Shown here piece after piece: positions 11,826 through 25,049 of a stretch of DNA of 64,000 nt (position 1 is its first letter; each line of letters starts with the position of its first letter). The translations under genes were made by a program, and so were the position numbers. The notes under the pieces were generated by a model. The model searched no databases, was not told the origin of the DNA, and saw nothing but the letters and a program-made list of their open reading frames with translations. The DNA comes from Mobula hypostoma (Eukaryota): the NCBI RefSeq assembly GCF_963921235.1, contig NC_086108.1:25606001-25670000 (forward strand), given 5' to 3'.

Positions 11826-13219
11826 TTTCACTTGCCACCTGTTATATAGTCAAGGTTCTGGCTGAAATATTTTACAAGGGTTCTGTTGAAGAGTTATCAA
11901 CCTGAAGAATGAATTCTGTTTCACTTTTGCTCCACAAAAGCTCCTTGACCTCCCGGACATTTCAAATATATCCTGTATAGCGTTCCAATCTAACTTAATT
12001 CTGTTGCTAGCTGATTGGTAAAGAATAAGTTAATATGCTTTCTAATTCTTTCCCTGAGGAACTATTAAAATATTGTGACTTTTATGCATTGCAGTTTTTG
12101 GGAATAAAGTTGTCCCATGTGGTCAGGTTAATAAGAAGCCAATCATTCCAATGATAAACTGAGTGTGATGAGACATGGGACCATTTTAATCAAAATTTCT
12201 AAATTTAGTATTGTCCTTAGCTGTTCAAGCAAATTTCAATATCTCTCAATTACCTACTAGTCCATAGAGAATGAAAGAATTATTTGGGAACAAGCAATAA
12301 CATTGTTAATGATCTACAAAAACAGCTATGGAGTGGCACTGATATAGAATTCCAGATTATTCTTGTTACTCACTGGGATCTCAGTCCTCTGACAGTTTTG
12401 TGTTTTTATTATGTTTATGGGAGACAGCACACACCTGTAAAATGTCATCATTTTAGATTTTCTATTGTCTTCAGCCAAGCTTAACCCACTCAACAAAATA
12501 CTGAAGCCTGCATTGGGAGTTATGTAACTGCATTTAATCAATTGTAAATTACAGTCCAGGAGCAAAGGTAGAAATGTTTCTATTGCTTACTGTCAGCAAC
12601 GATCTTGGTGGTGGAAAACACCCACAAATGCCTTACTGACATTTCCTTTTGAGGAATTTTTGCACCTTTTAAGAGAAAAAAGTAATATAATGCCATAATC
12701 AGATACTCATTAACAGTGAGGTATCTTGCATATTCATAAGAAATGTAAGTAGAATTTTAATGACACATATCAGTATAAATTGTTTGCCTGGAGTTCAGTT
12801 GGTGTCAAATTTTTAGCATTTCCTATGAGCTTTGATTAGTCATTGAGAACAAACTTGTTTCATGTTCTTTATTTTCCCGTTCTGTCAGTGTATGATCCCC
12901 CTTATTGGCATTGATATGGCTGAATCATTACCAACAACTTCTTCCTCTTGGAAATCTGACAGAAAATCACTTTCACCCCCTGGTGTTCAATAAAACCTAT
13001 TGACCTAGCAGATTAGACATTGCCAGCAATGTTGAAGGTTAAATCTCATCTTCGTCTGAATGTATCGGTCTCAAATCAGGAGACAGGGAAAGTGTCACTT
13101 TAACAATCTTCTTATTTTCACCATGAAGTCTTTTGATTGACAACTGCTTGAATGTCTTTTTGATGCTACAGGTTTCAGAATCTTAAATTTCCATGATACA
13201 TAATCAACTACAAGTATAT

Positions 13220-14070
13220 TACCATAAGATCATATACAGTCGGACCAGAATTAGGCTATTGACCTAGAGAATCTGCTCAGCTATTTCATCATGGCCCAGG
13301 GTGTATCGATGCAGCAGGGTCCTAGTGCAGGCAATGACCCAGTAATCGGACAATTTAAATGCCGGGTCAGATGGACTGGAAGGGACCAGAGGTGAGGGTT
13401 GAGCCAGTTCTGTTTGCTGCTCTGCGAAATTTACTCTACTCTTCACTACACTGAGGCTGTGGTCTGCTCCATGGTTCATGTTTGCAAACATCGTGATGAT
13501 TTGCCCTGCTGAGGCTGAGACGGTGGGCCTGTTCCAGCTGTTCTGGGCTTTGTGTCCATGGACTTGCTTTCGTTCTGAATGCTGCTGCCTGCTTTTCTTG
13601 TTTGCACAATCTGTGTATTCACTCTCTCTCTGCACACATTGGGTTTTTTAAAATTAGGTTCTTGCAGGTTTCTTGTTTCATGGCTGCCTCTAAGCAGACA
13701 AATCTCAAAGCTGTATAATTTATACATACATTGCTAAGAAACTTTGAACTGTGGACTGCGTCCCTCTCAGCCCCAATCTCCTGCCTTCTCCATATTCCTT
13801 CATGCACTGATTAATCTGGAATCTATCAACCTCTGTCAGAAATATACCCAATGAGTTCGCCTCCACAGTCATCTGTGGCAACAAATTCCACAGATTCATC
13901 ACTCACTGGCCAAAGAAATTCCTCCTCATCTCTGTTCTAAACAGATGTCCCTCTACTCTGAGGCTGTGTCCTCAGGTCTTAGACTCTGCCACTCTTCTCC
14001 ACATCTACTCTATCTAGACCTTTCAACATTTGATAGGTTTCAATGAGATCCCCCTCTCATTTTTGTGAAC
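13220..14070 (-). mobile_element. CR1 3' fragment interrupted (about 13295-13750) by a plus-strand SINE-like element with a Rex1/L2-type tail
   Basis: CR1 tail ACCATAAGA.. and minus-strand NLWNLLPQ; insert tail GGCTGCCTCTAAGCAGACAAATCTCAA recurs at about 36765-36846 and inverted at 44760-44975. Confidence 0.8.
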
Positions 14071-14174
14071 GTCCTTTGAACCCTCTTTAATGTGTTACAA
14101 TGGTACAAAAGTCATACCTGAGGTTATCATTACCCAAAAGTAAAGCACCAGGAAGATTTGGGGCAGCATAGAGG

Positions 14175-14578
14175 GTCTTTGGAGCGTAGAAGGTTGAAGG
14201 GGGACTTGATAGAGGTGCTTAAAATTATGAAGGGGATAGATAGAGTTGATATGGAAAGGCTTTTTCCATTGAGAATAGGGGAGATTCAAACAAAAGGACA
14301 TGAGTTGAGAGTTAAGGGGCAAAAGTTCAGGAGTAACACAAGGGGGAACTTCTTCACTCAGAGAGTGGTAGCTGTGTGAAACGAGCTTCCAGTAGAAGTG
14401 GTAGAGGTAGGTTTGATTTTGTCATTTAAAAAAAATTGGATAGGTATATGGACAGGAAAGGAATGGAGGGTTATGGGCTGAGTGCAGGTAGATGGGACTA
14501 GGTTAGAGTAAGCATTCGACATGGACTAGAAGGGCCGAGATGGCCTGTTTCCATGCTGTAATTGTTATATGGTTATAT
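14175..14578 (+). mobile_element. CR1 3' fragment
   Basis: SLERRRLKGDLIEV..TKGHEL..FFTQRVV; tail TTATATGGTTATAT. Confidence 0.92.
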
Positions 14579-14848
14579 CTGTTGCCTCACAATTCCAGTG
14601 ACGCCAGTTCAGTCCTGGCCTCTGGTGCTGCCATATTTTGACCTTGTGTGCATTCCCTGTGACTGTAGGATTTTCTCCTTCTGCTCTGTTTCCCTCTCAA
14701 ATCCCAAAGAAGTGCTCACTAATAGGTTAATTCACTGCAGTGCATGTAGGTGAGTGACAGAAATTGGTGGGAGTTGATAGGAATGTAACCCGGTGCTTAA
14801 TGGTCAGCACAGAACTCAATGGATACAAGGACCTATTTCCATGCAATA
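14579..14848 (+). mobile_element. tRNA-derived V-SINE (HE1-like), decayed
   Basis: B-box-like CCAGTTCAGTCC, V-domain-like TCCCTGTGACTG..ATCCCAAAGA..AGGTTAATT, CR1-like tail. Confidence 0.65.
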
Positions 14849-15252
14849 GGAGAATGTCATTAACTCTGCCTATATCAATGAATTTAGAAGCACACACTCA
14901 CAGATTCATGGGGAGATACGGCACAGAAACAGACCCATTTCTCCACCAATCGCATGCTGACCATCAGTAATCTGGTTACCCTAACCCTACATTAATCCTT
15001 TTCCATATTCTCCCCACAACACATTAAAAATTCCATTCCTGCCACACTGCTTACAAATAGATCCGCTCTATGATACATGCCAGAGCATCTGTCATGCCCA
15101 CCTGACACACCTAGAAAACAAGGATACTTAGTCAGAATGGGCTTTCTGGATTTCATTTCGGCATTCAACACTATTAACCTGTAGACCCTGGTGAACAAAC
15201 TCCTAGTCCTCAGTCTAAATACACCACTGTGCAACTGGGCTTCCAAACCAAT

Positions 15253-18168
15253 AGACCATGAGACCATAAGACAAAGGAGCAGAAGTCGGCCATTTGGCCC
15301 ATTGAGTCTGCTCCACCATTTTATCATGAGCTGAACAATTCTCCCATTTAGTCCCACTCCCCCGCCTTCTCACCATAACCTTTGATGCCCTGGCTACTCA
15401 GATACCTATCAATCTCTGCCTTAAATACACCCAATGACTTAGCCTCCACTGCTGCCCGTGGCAACAAATTCCATAGATTCACCACCCTCTGACTAAAAAA
15501 AATTTCTTCGCTTTTCTGTTCTGAATGGGCGCCCTTCAATCCTTAAGTCATGCCTTCTCGTACAAGACTCCCCCATCATGGGAAACAGCTTTGCTACATC
15601 CACTCTGTCCATGCCTTTCAGCGTTCGAAATGCTTCTATGAGGTGCCCCCTCATTCTTCTAAACTCCAAAGAATACAGTCCAAGAGTGGACAAACATTCC
15701 TCACATGTTAACCCTCTCATTCCCGGAATCATTCTAGTGAATCTTCCCTGTACCCTCTCCAACATCAGCACATCCTTTCTTAAAAAAGGAGACCAAAACT
15801 GCCCACAGTACTCCAAGTGAGGTCTCACCAGCACCTTATAGAGCCTCAACATCACATCCCTGCTCCTATACTCTATTCCTCTAGAAATGAATGCCAATAT
15901 TGCATTCACCTTCTTCACCACCGACTCAACCTGGAGGTTAACCTTAAGGGTATCCTGTACGAGGACTCCCAAGTCCCATTGCATCTCAGAACTTTGAATT
16001 CTCTCCCCACTTAAATAATAGTCTGCCCGTTTATTTCTTCTGCCAAAGTGCATAACCATACACTTTCCAACATTGTACTTCATTTGCCACTTCTTTGCCC
16101 ATTCTTCCAATCTATCCGTCTCTCTGCAGACTCTCTGTTTCCTCAGCACTACCAGCCCCTCCACCTATCTTCATATCATCAGCAAACTTAGCCCCAAAGC
16201 CATCTATTCCATAATCTAAATCGTTGATGTACAATGTAAAAAGAAGCGGCCCCAACACAGGCCCCTGTGGAATACCACTGGTAACCGGCAGCCAACCAGA
16301 ATAGGATCCCTTTATTCCCACTCTCTGTTTCCTGCCAATCAGCCAACGCTCTATCCACGTATGTAACTTTCCTGTAAGTCCATGGGCTCTTATCTTGTTA
16401 AGTAGCCTCATGTGTGGCACCTTGTCAAAGGCCTTCTGAAAATCCATATATACAACATCCACTGCATCTCCCTTGTCTAGCCTACTTGTAATTTCTTCGA
16501 AAAATTGTAATAGGTTTGTCAGGCAGGATTTTCCTTTCAGGGATCCATGCTGAGTTCTGCTTATCTTGTCATATGCCTCCAGGTACTCTGTAACCTCATC
16601 CTTGACAATCGACTCCAACAACTTCCCAACCATCGATATCAAGCTAACAGGTCTATAATTTCCTTTTTGCTTCCTTGCCTCCTTCTTACATAGCAGAGTG
16701 ACATTTGCAATCTTCCAGTCCTCTGGAACCATGCCAGAATCTATCGACTTTTGAAAGATCATCGCTAATGCCTCCACAATCTCCACAGCTACTTCCTTCA
16801 GAACACGAGGGTGCATTCCATCTGGTACGGGAGATTTATCTACCTTTAGACTATTCTGCTTCCTGAGTACTTTCTCTGTCGTAATTGTGAATGCGCACAC
16901 TTCTCTTCCCTGCCACCCTTGAGTGTCCGGTATACTGCTGATGTCTTCCTCAGTGAAGACTGATGCAAAATACTGTTCCATTCCTCCGCCATCTCCTTAT
17001 CTCCCATTACAATTTCTCCAGCATCATTTTCTATTGGTCCTATATCTCCTCTCACCTGTCGTTTACTCTTTATATACTTGAAAAAGCTTTTAGTATCCTC
17101 TTTGATATTATTTGCTAGCTTCCTTTCACAGTTAATCTTTTCCCTCTTAATGAGCTTCTTAGTTTCCTTTTGTAAGCTTTTAAAAACTTCCCAATCCTCT
17201 GTCTTCCCACTAATTTTTGCTTCCTTGTATGCCCTCTCCTTTGCTTTAACTTTGGCTTTGACTTCTCTTGTCGGCCACTGTTGCATCCTTTTTCTATTCG
17301 AAAATTTCTTCTTTTTTGGAATATACCTGTCTTGCACCTTCCTCACTTCTCGCAGAAACTCCAGCTACTGCTGCTCTGCCGTCTTTCCCGCCAGTGTCCC
17401 TTTCCAGTCAACTTTGGCCAGTTCCTCTCTCATGCCACTGTAATTTCCTTTACTCCACTGAAATATAGACATATCAGATTTCGGCTTCTCTTTTTCAAAT
17501 TTCACAGTGAACTCAATCATGTTATGATCACTGCCTCCTAAGGGGGTTCCTTCACCTCAATCTCTCTAATCACCTCCGGTTCATTACACAATACCCAATC
17601 CAGTGCAGCCGATCCCCAGTGGGCGCAACAACAAGCTGTTCTAAAAAGGCATCTCGCAGACGTTCGACAAATTCTCTCTCTTGAGATCCAGTGCTGACCT
17701 GATTTTCCCAATCCACTCGCATGTTAAATCCCCCACAATTATCATAACACTGCCCTTCTGACAAGCCTTTTCTATTTCCTGTTGTAATTTGTAGTCCACA
17801 TCAGTGCAGCTGTTTGGAGGCCTACAAATAACTGCCATCAGGGTCCTTTTACCCCTGCGATTTCTTAGCTCAACCCATAAAGATTCTGCACCTTCCGATC
17901 CTATATCACCTCTTTCTAATGATTTAATATCATTTCTTACCAATAAAGCCACGCCTCCCCCTCTGCCTACCTTCTTATCCTTCTGATACACCATGTATCT
18001 TTGGTCGTTCAGCTCCCAGAGACATGCATCCTTTAGCCAGGTCTCAGTGATGGCCACAATATCATACCTGCCAATCTGTAGCTGTACGACAAGATCATCC
18101 ACCTTATTCACTATGCTGCATGCATTTAAGTATAACACCTTAAGACCAGTATTTGGTACTTTTTGCCT
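15253..18168 (-). mobile_element. CR1 LINE, nearly complete ORF2 (APE endonuclease + RT), frameshifted
   Basis: LYLNACSI..AITETWL (EN), YRPVSL, DFQKAFDKVPH, GIPQGPVLGP, FADD across five overlapping ORFs. Confidence 0.96.
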
Positions 18169-18493
18169 TGAAGGTCAGGAAACACAACTGCTCCTCCTTC
18201 CCCATCATCCTCAACACGTGTGCCCCGCAGAGCTGTGTGCTGAACCCATTGTTGTATACTCTACTCACACATGACTGCACAGTCAAACACCTGAGTATTC
18301 ACATTGTCAAGTTCACCTATAACACAATAGCGGTGGGGCTCATCACCAACAACATCTATGAAGAGCAGTTAGAACAGCTTGAGGCCTGCTGCCAGTCAAA
18401 TAAGTTCTTCCTCAATGTCAACAAGCAAAGGAGGTGTTTATTGACGTCAGGAGAACTTGCACCTTTCACACCCCTCTTTACACTGACAGCACA

Positions 18494-21181
18494 GGTCCCA
18501 CCACCATCTCCTGGGTCCTCAGAGACTCCACCATCCCCCCTTGAACACCTCAACACTCGCCTCTCTTCAGATGCTACTAACCACCTTCCTCCCTTTGATT
18601 CCAGCTCTCATCCACACAGTCTTTACAATTCCTTCTCTGAGGCAGAACATTCTGTCCTCAGTAAGGGCCTCACCTTTATCCCCTTGCATCCACACCTCAG
18701 TGAGTTCTGCACCCACCATGACGCTGAGCTCTTCATCCAGTGCCTCTGACTCCATGCCTATTTCTTTGGCAAGGACTCTCCAGCCCACACTGATGACCCC
18801 TTCTTCCATCCAACCCTCCTTCTCTTCCTGAACACCCGCTCTGATCTTCTGCCTGCTCTGGATATTTTCACTAACAACTGCTGACAAGATATCAACCACC
18901 TTGACTTTACTACTCCTCTCTCCAACTCTAACCTCACTCCTTCCAAACGCACTGCTCTCCACTCCCTCCACACTAATCCTAACCTCACCATCAAACCCGC
19001 AGATAACGGGGGTGCTGTAGTAGTCTGGCGGACTGACCTCTATCTTGCTGAAGCCAAGCGACAACTCTCAGACACCTCCTCTTACTTACACCTTAAACAG
19101 GACCCCACTAGGGAGCAGCAGGTCATTGTCACCCACACCATCATTGAACTTATTAACTCTGAGGATCTCCCATCCACTGCCACCAACCTCATAGTTCCCT
19201 TACCCCTCACCTCCCATTTCTATCTCCTTTCTAAGATCCATAAACCTGCCTGACCAGATAGACCATTTTATGTCTTGTTCTTGCCCCACCGAACCTATAT
19301 TTCATACCTTGACTCTTTCTTTTTCTCTCTTCCCCTTCCTCCGTTCAGTCCTTTCCTACCTACATGCTTCGCATTTCACATGCTCTTGATCTTTTCAATG
19401 GCTTCAAGTTCCCAGGCTGTCCTATTTTCACCATAGATGTCCAGTTCCTATACACCTCCATTCCCCATCTGGAAGGCCTCAAAGCCCTCGTTTCTTTCTG
19501 GATACCAGACCTAACTAGTTCCCCTCCACCACCACTCTCCTCCAACTAGCAGAACTGGCCCTCAGTCTCAATAATTTCTCCTTCGGCTCCTCCCACTTCC
19601 TTCGGGAAAAAAAGGTGTAGCCATGGGCAGTCGCATGGGTCCCGGCTATGCCTGCCTTTTTGACGCTACATGGAACAGTCTATGTTCCAACCCTACACCA
19701 GTATCACTCCCCAACTTTTCCTATGCTACATTGACTGCATTGGTGCTGCTTCCTGCACCCATGCTGAGCTCGTCGACTTCATCAACTTTACTTCCAATCG
19801 CCCTGCCCTCAAATTTACCTGGTCCATTCCTGACACCTCCCTCCCCTTTTTTAATCTCTCTGTCTCTGGAGACAGCTAATCTGCTGATATTTTTTATAAA
19901 CCCACTAATTCTCACAGCTACCTACACTATACCTCTTCCCACCCTGTCAGTTGTAAAAATGCCATCCCCTTCCGTCAATTCCTTTGTCTATGCTGCATCC
20001 GTTCCCAGGACAAGGCTTTTCATTACAGAACTAATGAGATGTCCTCCTTCTTCAAAGAAAGGTGCTTCCCTTCCTCCACCATCAATGCTGTCCTCACCTG
20101 TCTCTCTTCCTTTAGCGCACGTCTGCCCTCATCCCAACCACCCGCCATCCCACCTGGGATAGGGTTCCTCTTGTCCTCACCTACCACCCCATCAGCCTCC
20201 ACGTCCAGTAGATAATTCTCCATAACTTCTGTCATCTCCAATGGGATCTCACTACCAAGCACATCTTTGTTTTCCCCCTCTTTCAGCTTTCCACAGTGAT
20301 CGCTGCCTACGCGACTTCCTTGTTCACTCATCCCTCCCCACTGTTCTCCCTCCTGGTACTTATCCTTGCAAGTGGAACAAGTGCTACATCTGACCCTACA
20401 GCTTCTCTCTCACCAGCAATCAAGGCCCCAAACAGTCCTTCCAGGTGAGGCAACACTTCTCCTGTGAATCCTTTGGGGTCATGTGCTGTATCCGGAGCTC
20501 CTGGTGTGGCCTCCTGTACACCAGTTAGACCCATCATAGATTGGGAGACTGCTTTGCTGAGCACTGTCACTCTGTCCACCAGAAAAACTGGGATCACCCG
20601 GTGGCCACTCATTTCAATTCTACTTCCCATTCCCACTCCGATATGTCAGTCCATGGTCTTCTTTACTGCCGAAATGAGGCCAAACTCAGGTTGTAGGTGC
20701 AACACCCTATATTCCATCTGGGGAGCCTCCACCCTGATGGTAAGAACAATGATTTCTTGAACTTCCGGTAATTGCCCCAACCCTCTCCTTCACCATTCCC
20801 CAAACCCATTTCTCTCTCTCACTTTACCTCCTTATCTGCCTGTCACCTCCCTTTGGTGCTCTTCTCCCTTCCATGGCCTTCTGTCCTTTCCTATGAGATT
20901 CCCCCTTCTCCAGCCCATTATCTCTTTCACCAATCGACTTCCCAGCTCTTTACTTCACCTCTTCCCGGTTTCACCTATCACCTACCTTGTACTTCTTCCT
21001 CCACCCCTCCTCCCCCCACCTTCTTACTCCGACCTTATCTTTTTTTCCAGTCCTGATGAAGGGTCTTGGCTTAAAATGTCAACTGTACTCTTTTCCATAA
21101 ATGCTGCCTGGCCTGCTGATTTCCTTCGGCATTTTGTGTGTATTAATTTGACTTCCAGCATCTGCAGTTTTCTCTTGTTTG
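18494..21181 (+). mobile_element. Penelope-like element (RT + GIY-YIG endonuclease pseudogene + 3' pseudo-LTR)
   Basis: VLSKGLTFIP, LTIKPADNGGAVVVWR, GVAMGSRMGPGYACLF, LCYIDCIG, decayed GIY-YIG VMCCIRSSWCGLLY..RLGDCFAEH; pyrimidine-rich pLTR with hammerhead motif. Confidence 0.92.
21048..21085 (+). ncRNA. Minimal type I hammerhead ribozyme motif, decayed (Penelope pLTR)
   Basis: CAGTC-CTGATGA-A-GGGTCTTGGCTT-AAAA-TGTC-AACTG; core GAAA mutated to AAAA. Confidence 0.7.
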
Positions 21182-21759
21182 AGACTCAAAAGCAGTTACT
21201 TTTCTCGTGCAGTAAGGCTGATCAGCTCCTCCACCCATTAACTCACATTTCCACACCGTCCACTACCACTGACTTAAACTTTCCTGTCAGTCACCTTGTG
21301 TACAGACATCCCTGTACCTAGTGTTACCTTATGGACATTCAATCAATCAATGTATATAAGCTGTTTTATGCATTTGTATTCACATTTATTGTGTTATTTT
21401 TATTGTCTTCTTTATCCTATTGTGCTTTTTTTGTGCTGCATAAAATCTGGAGTAACGATTATTTTGTTTTCCTTTACACGTGTGTACTGGAAATTGCATT
21501 AAATAATTTTGAATCTAGAATCTTGAATTAACTCTCCAACAATTCTACCACTCACCTGAACTAGAAACAATTTACAGTGCACAATTGATCCACCAGCTGA
21601 CCCATTTTTTGAATGTGGAAGTAAACCAGCTGACCTGAGGAAATGCAACAGTCACAGGGAGAAGGTGTGGACTCCACACAGAGAGCTTATTACTGAACAC
21701 AGTGTTCTAGCACTACGAAGCAGTGGCTTCACTGGCTATGTTACTCTGCCAGAGGTGGG

Positions 21760-21951
21760 ATGATAGAGGAATCTGGACAAAAAGTGTTGGAAACACTCAA
21801 GTGGCATTTTTGGAAAGAACAACAATGCTTCGGGTCAGTCTTTTGAGCAGAATGTAAACAGTAAAAATTAAATCTGTTTCTTTTTCCAGGGTTGCTGCCT
21901 GACCTGCTGAATCTACCCAGCATTTGATTTCAGATTTCTGACATCTACAGT
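21760..21951. mobile_element. Old inverted-repeat element made of two head-to-head Penelope pLTR ends
   Basis: Left arm AAGTGTTGGAAACACTCA.. is the degenerate reverse complement of right arm GCTGCCTGACCTGCTGAATCTACCCAGCATTT. Confidence 0.6.
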
Positions 21952-22269
21952 TATTAATTTTCATATAACTTTGAAAGGATTAAATGTTCGTAGACAGTAA
22001 TGAGATTACAATGAGGCAGATCATACTTTGCTATAAGTAGCTGTTCCCCGGGGAACTGGCACCTATCAGTCCTCTGCTCTTCAGTACATTTGTTTTCTGC
22101 GTCTATGCACCATGAGATGCTGGAGGGCAGGTGCTGGTTCATCTCACCTGCTGCTCTATTGCTGCACTCTGGGGTTGGAAGGCGAACGATGCCAGTCATG
22201 TTGAGCTATCTAGTCCCTTGGTCTCACACTACCTCTGCAGGAAGGTGATGACGGCAAAGTACACAAGCT

Positions 22270-22590
22270 GCTGAGCAACTAGTCCAGACACTTCTAGAGT
22301 TCAAACCACACGACAGGAGTTCTAAAATTTCAGTTCGTTTAGGCACCAGAAACTTGGAACAATGGCAATTCTTTGAAATAGTGACCAGAAAGCTGCCATT
22401 TTATAAGAAAATGTCAATATCCTGTCCTTCAGGGGTGTATATCTGTTAACCGTTTCAGGTCAGGTCTGCATGTGAATTAATCCTATCCTATATGTTTGAG
22501 TATGACACAACCTAGCAACCACCCTGTAACCACCCTAACACTTCAAGGGCTACTTGGAATGGGACCTGACAACAACACTTGCAGCCTGAC
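22270..22590 (+). mobile_element. Old tRNA-derived SINE (same family as 33610-34625 and 28580-29900)
   Basis: GAGTTCAAAC B-box-like motif, GTCCTTCAGG, TTCAAGGGCTACTTGG colinear with the other copies. Confidence 0.55.
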
Positions 22591-23074
22591 ATTTATCTAA
22601 CAGGGCCCCATTCATTTAACTAGATATTAAATAATGGACAATTACATAGTCATATAACATACATGGTCAGTATGTAGATGAAAAACGTTAAAAGTAAGTG
22701 TTTGATTTACTAATTTAATATCTATAATAATTTAGATCAGTTAAATGCACATAAATTAATTCAATTCTAATAGCTTAATTGTTTTAATATTTTAATTACT
22801 TAGGTATATTTTATTTATTTCTGAGTTCCTTTGGCTGCACAAGCTGTCAAGGAAACGAAGGGTGGTCACAGTGGGTCATTGGATTCTGCCATCTGAGGCC
22901 TCCTGCCTCCTGGTGTACTGCTCACTGCTGGGCCTAGAACTGGACAAGCAAGTCCTCAAGCAATTAGTGAGGTGCAAGGATGAAGGGGTGGTTGGGTAGA
23001 AGGAAGGCAAGGGCTGGATCAAACACAATCTAACTCACTTGAGCCACTGCAGACAAACAGTAAAAACAAGTACA

Positions 23075-24910
23075 CAGAAAGAATATAGAATATGGAAATC
23101 TATAGCATATTACAAGTCCTTTTGGCCCACAATGTTGTGCCGACCATGTAACCTACTCGAGAAACTGTCTAGAATTGCCCTACCACATAGCCGTCTATTT
23201 TTCTAAGCTCCATGTGCCTATCTAAGAGTCTCTTAAAAGATCCTATTGTATCCTCCTCCACCACTGTCACCGGCAGTGCATTCCACACACCCATCACTCT
23301 CTGTATGGAAAAATTCACCCCTGACAATCACCTCTGTACCTACTTGCAAGCACCTTAAAACTATGGCCCCTTGTGTTAGACATTTCAGCCCTGGGAAAAA
23401 AGCCTCTGGCTATCCATACAATCAATTATTCTAATCATCTTATACACCTCTATCAGGTCACCTCTCATCCTCCGTCACTCCAAGGAGAAAAGGCCAAATT
23501 CACTCAACCTATTCTCATAAGGCACACTCTCCAATCCACACAGCATCCTTGTAACTCTCCTCTGCATTCTTTTTATAGTATCCATATCCTTCCTGTAGTG
23601 AGGTGACCAGAACTGAACACAGCACTCCTAGTGGGGTCTGACCAAAGTCTTATATAGCTGTAACATTACCTCAAATTTCTTGAACTCAATCCCATGGTTG
23701 ATGAATGCCAACACACCATATGCCTTCTTAACAACACTGTCAACCTGTGCAGCAGCTTTGAGTGTCCAATGGACACGGACTCCAAGATCTCGCTGATCCT
23801 CCACACTGCCAAGAGTCTTACCATTAATATTATAATCTGTCTTCAAATTTGACCTTCCAAATTGAACCGCTTTACAATTAACTGGGTTGAACTCCATCTA
23901 CCACTTCTCAGCCCAATTTTGCATCCCAGCGATGTCACGTTTCAATCTGACAACCCTCCAGACTATCCACACCACCAACCTTTGTGCCATCAGCAAACTT
24001 ACTAACCCACCCTTCTAGTTCTTCATCCAGGTCATTTATAAAATTCACAAGGAGGGGTCCCAGAACAGATCTCTGCAGAATACCACTGGTTACCGACCTC
24101 CATGCAGAATATGAAACATCTAGAACCACCCATTGCCTACTGTGGGTAAGCCAATTCTGGATCTACAAGGCAAGGTCTCCTTGGATCCCATGCCTCCTTA
24201 CTTTCTGAATGAGCCTTACATGGGGAACCTAACCAAATGCCTTACTGAAATCCATATACACTACATCCACTGCTCTACCTTCATCAATGTGTTTTGTTAC
24301 ATTCTCAAAGAATTCAATCAGGCTCATAAGCAATGAACGCAAACAACAGGAATTCTGCAGATGCTGGAAATTCAAGCAACACACATCAAAGTTGCTGGTG
24401 AACGCAGCAGGCCAAGCAGCATCTATAGGAAGAGGCGCAGTCGACGTTTCAGGCCGAGACCCTTCGTCATAAGCAATGACCTGCCCTTGGCAAAGCCATG
24501 CTGACTATCCCTAATCAGATTACGTCTCTACAAATGCTCATAAATCCTTCCTCTCAGGATCATCTTCAACAACTTGCTCATCACTGAAGTAAGACTCACT
24601 GGATTATAATTTCATGGGTTATCTCTAGTTCCTTTCTTGAACAAGGGAACAACATTTGCAACCCCCTAATCCTCTGGTACTTCTCCCGTCCGTATCGATG
24701 ATTCAAAGATCATCGCCAGAGGCTCATCAATCTCCTCCCTCACTTCCCATGGTAGCCTGGGGTATATCTCATCTGGTCCCGGTGACTTCTCTAACTTAAA
24801 TCTTTTCAAAAGCTCCAGCACATCCTCTCTCTTAATGTTTATATGTGTTTCAGTCCACTCCATCTCCACAATTGCTGAGGTCCTTTTCCCTGGTGAATAC
24901 TGAAGCAAAG
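23075..24910 (-). mobile_element. CR1 LINE fragment (RT to 3' end)
   Basis: KSPGPDEIYPRL, VTSGILQRSVLGP, SKFADGTK, LYKTLVRPH on the minus strand. Confidence 0.93.
24337..24466 (-). mobile_element. Young 130-bp solo Penelope pLTR end with partial hammerhead, inserted in CR1
   Basis: 13-bp TSD TCATAAGCAATGA at 24324-36 and 24467-79; minus strand TGACGA-A-GGGTCTCGGCCT-GAAAC-GTC-GACTG. Confidence 0.92.
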
Positions 24911-25049
24911 ACCTGAAATCATTGTATTTGCTGGAGATGTTTTTTTATGAATAAAGTGTACTTTTGAAATAATAAAAGGAAAACAGTATCTTTGAGGCAG
25001 CTGAGCTCAACTTCCCGTTCCTCTCAACTATGATTATGATCTTATAAAC

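Larger units (their letters stand above)
15040..21528 (+). mobile_element. Rex1/Babar-type LINE in three pieces (15040-15252, 18169-18493, 21182-21528)
   Basis: HLENKDT.VRMGFLDFISAFNTI; LNTCAPQSCVLNPLLYTLLTHDC..IVKF; 3' UTR with (TTGAA/TCTAGAA)n tail. Confidence 0.88.
14905..21745 (-). mobile_element. V-SINE split in two (about 14905-15025 and 21528-21745) by a 6.5-kb nested stack
   Basis: The halves join to match copies that are continuous across this junction at 32815-33030 and 44300-44545. Confidence 0.75.

Noticed and set aside
18153..18749. 198-aa ORF
   Set aside because: Accidental fusion across the CR1, Rex1 and Penelope junctions
20772..21321. Pro/Ser/Leu-rich ORFs
   Set aside because: Pyrimidine-rich Penelope pLTR is depleted of stop codons; non-coding
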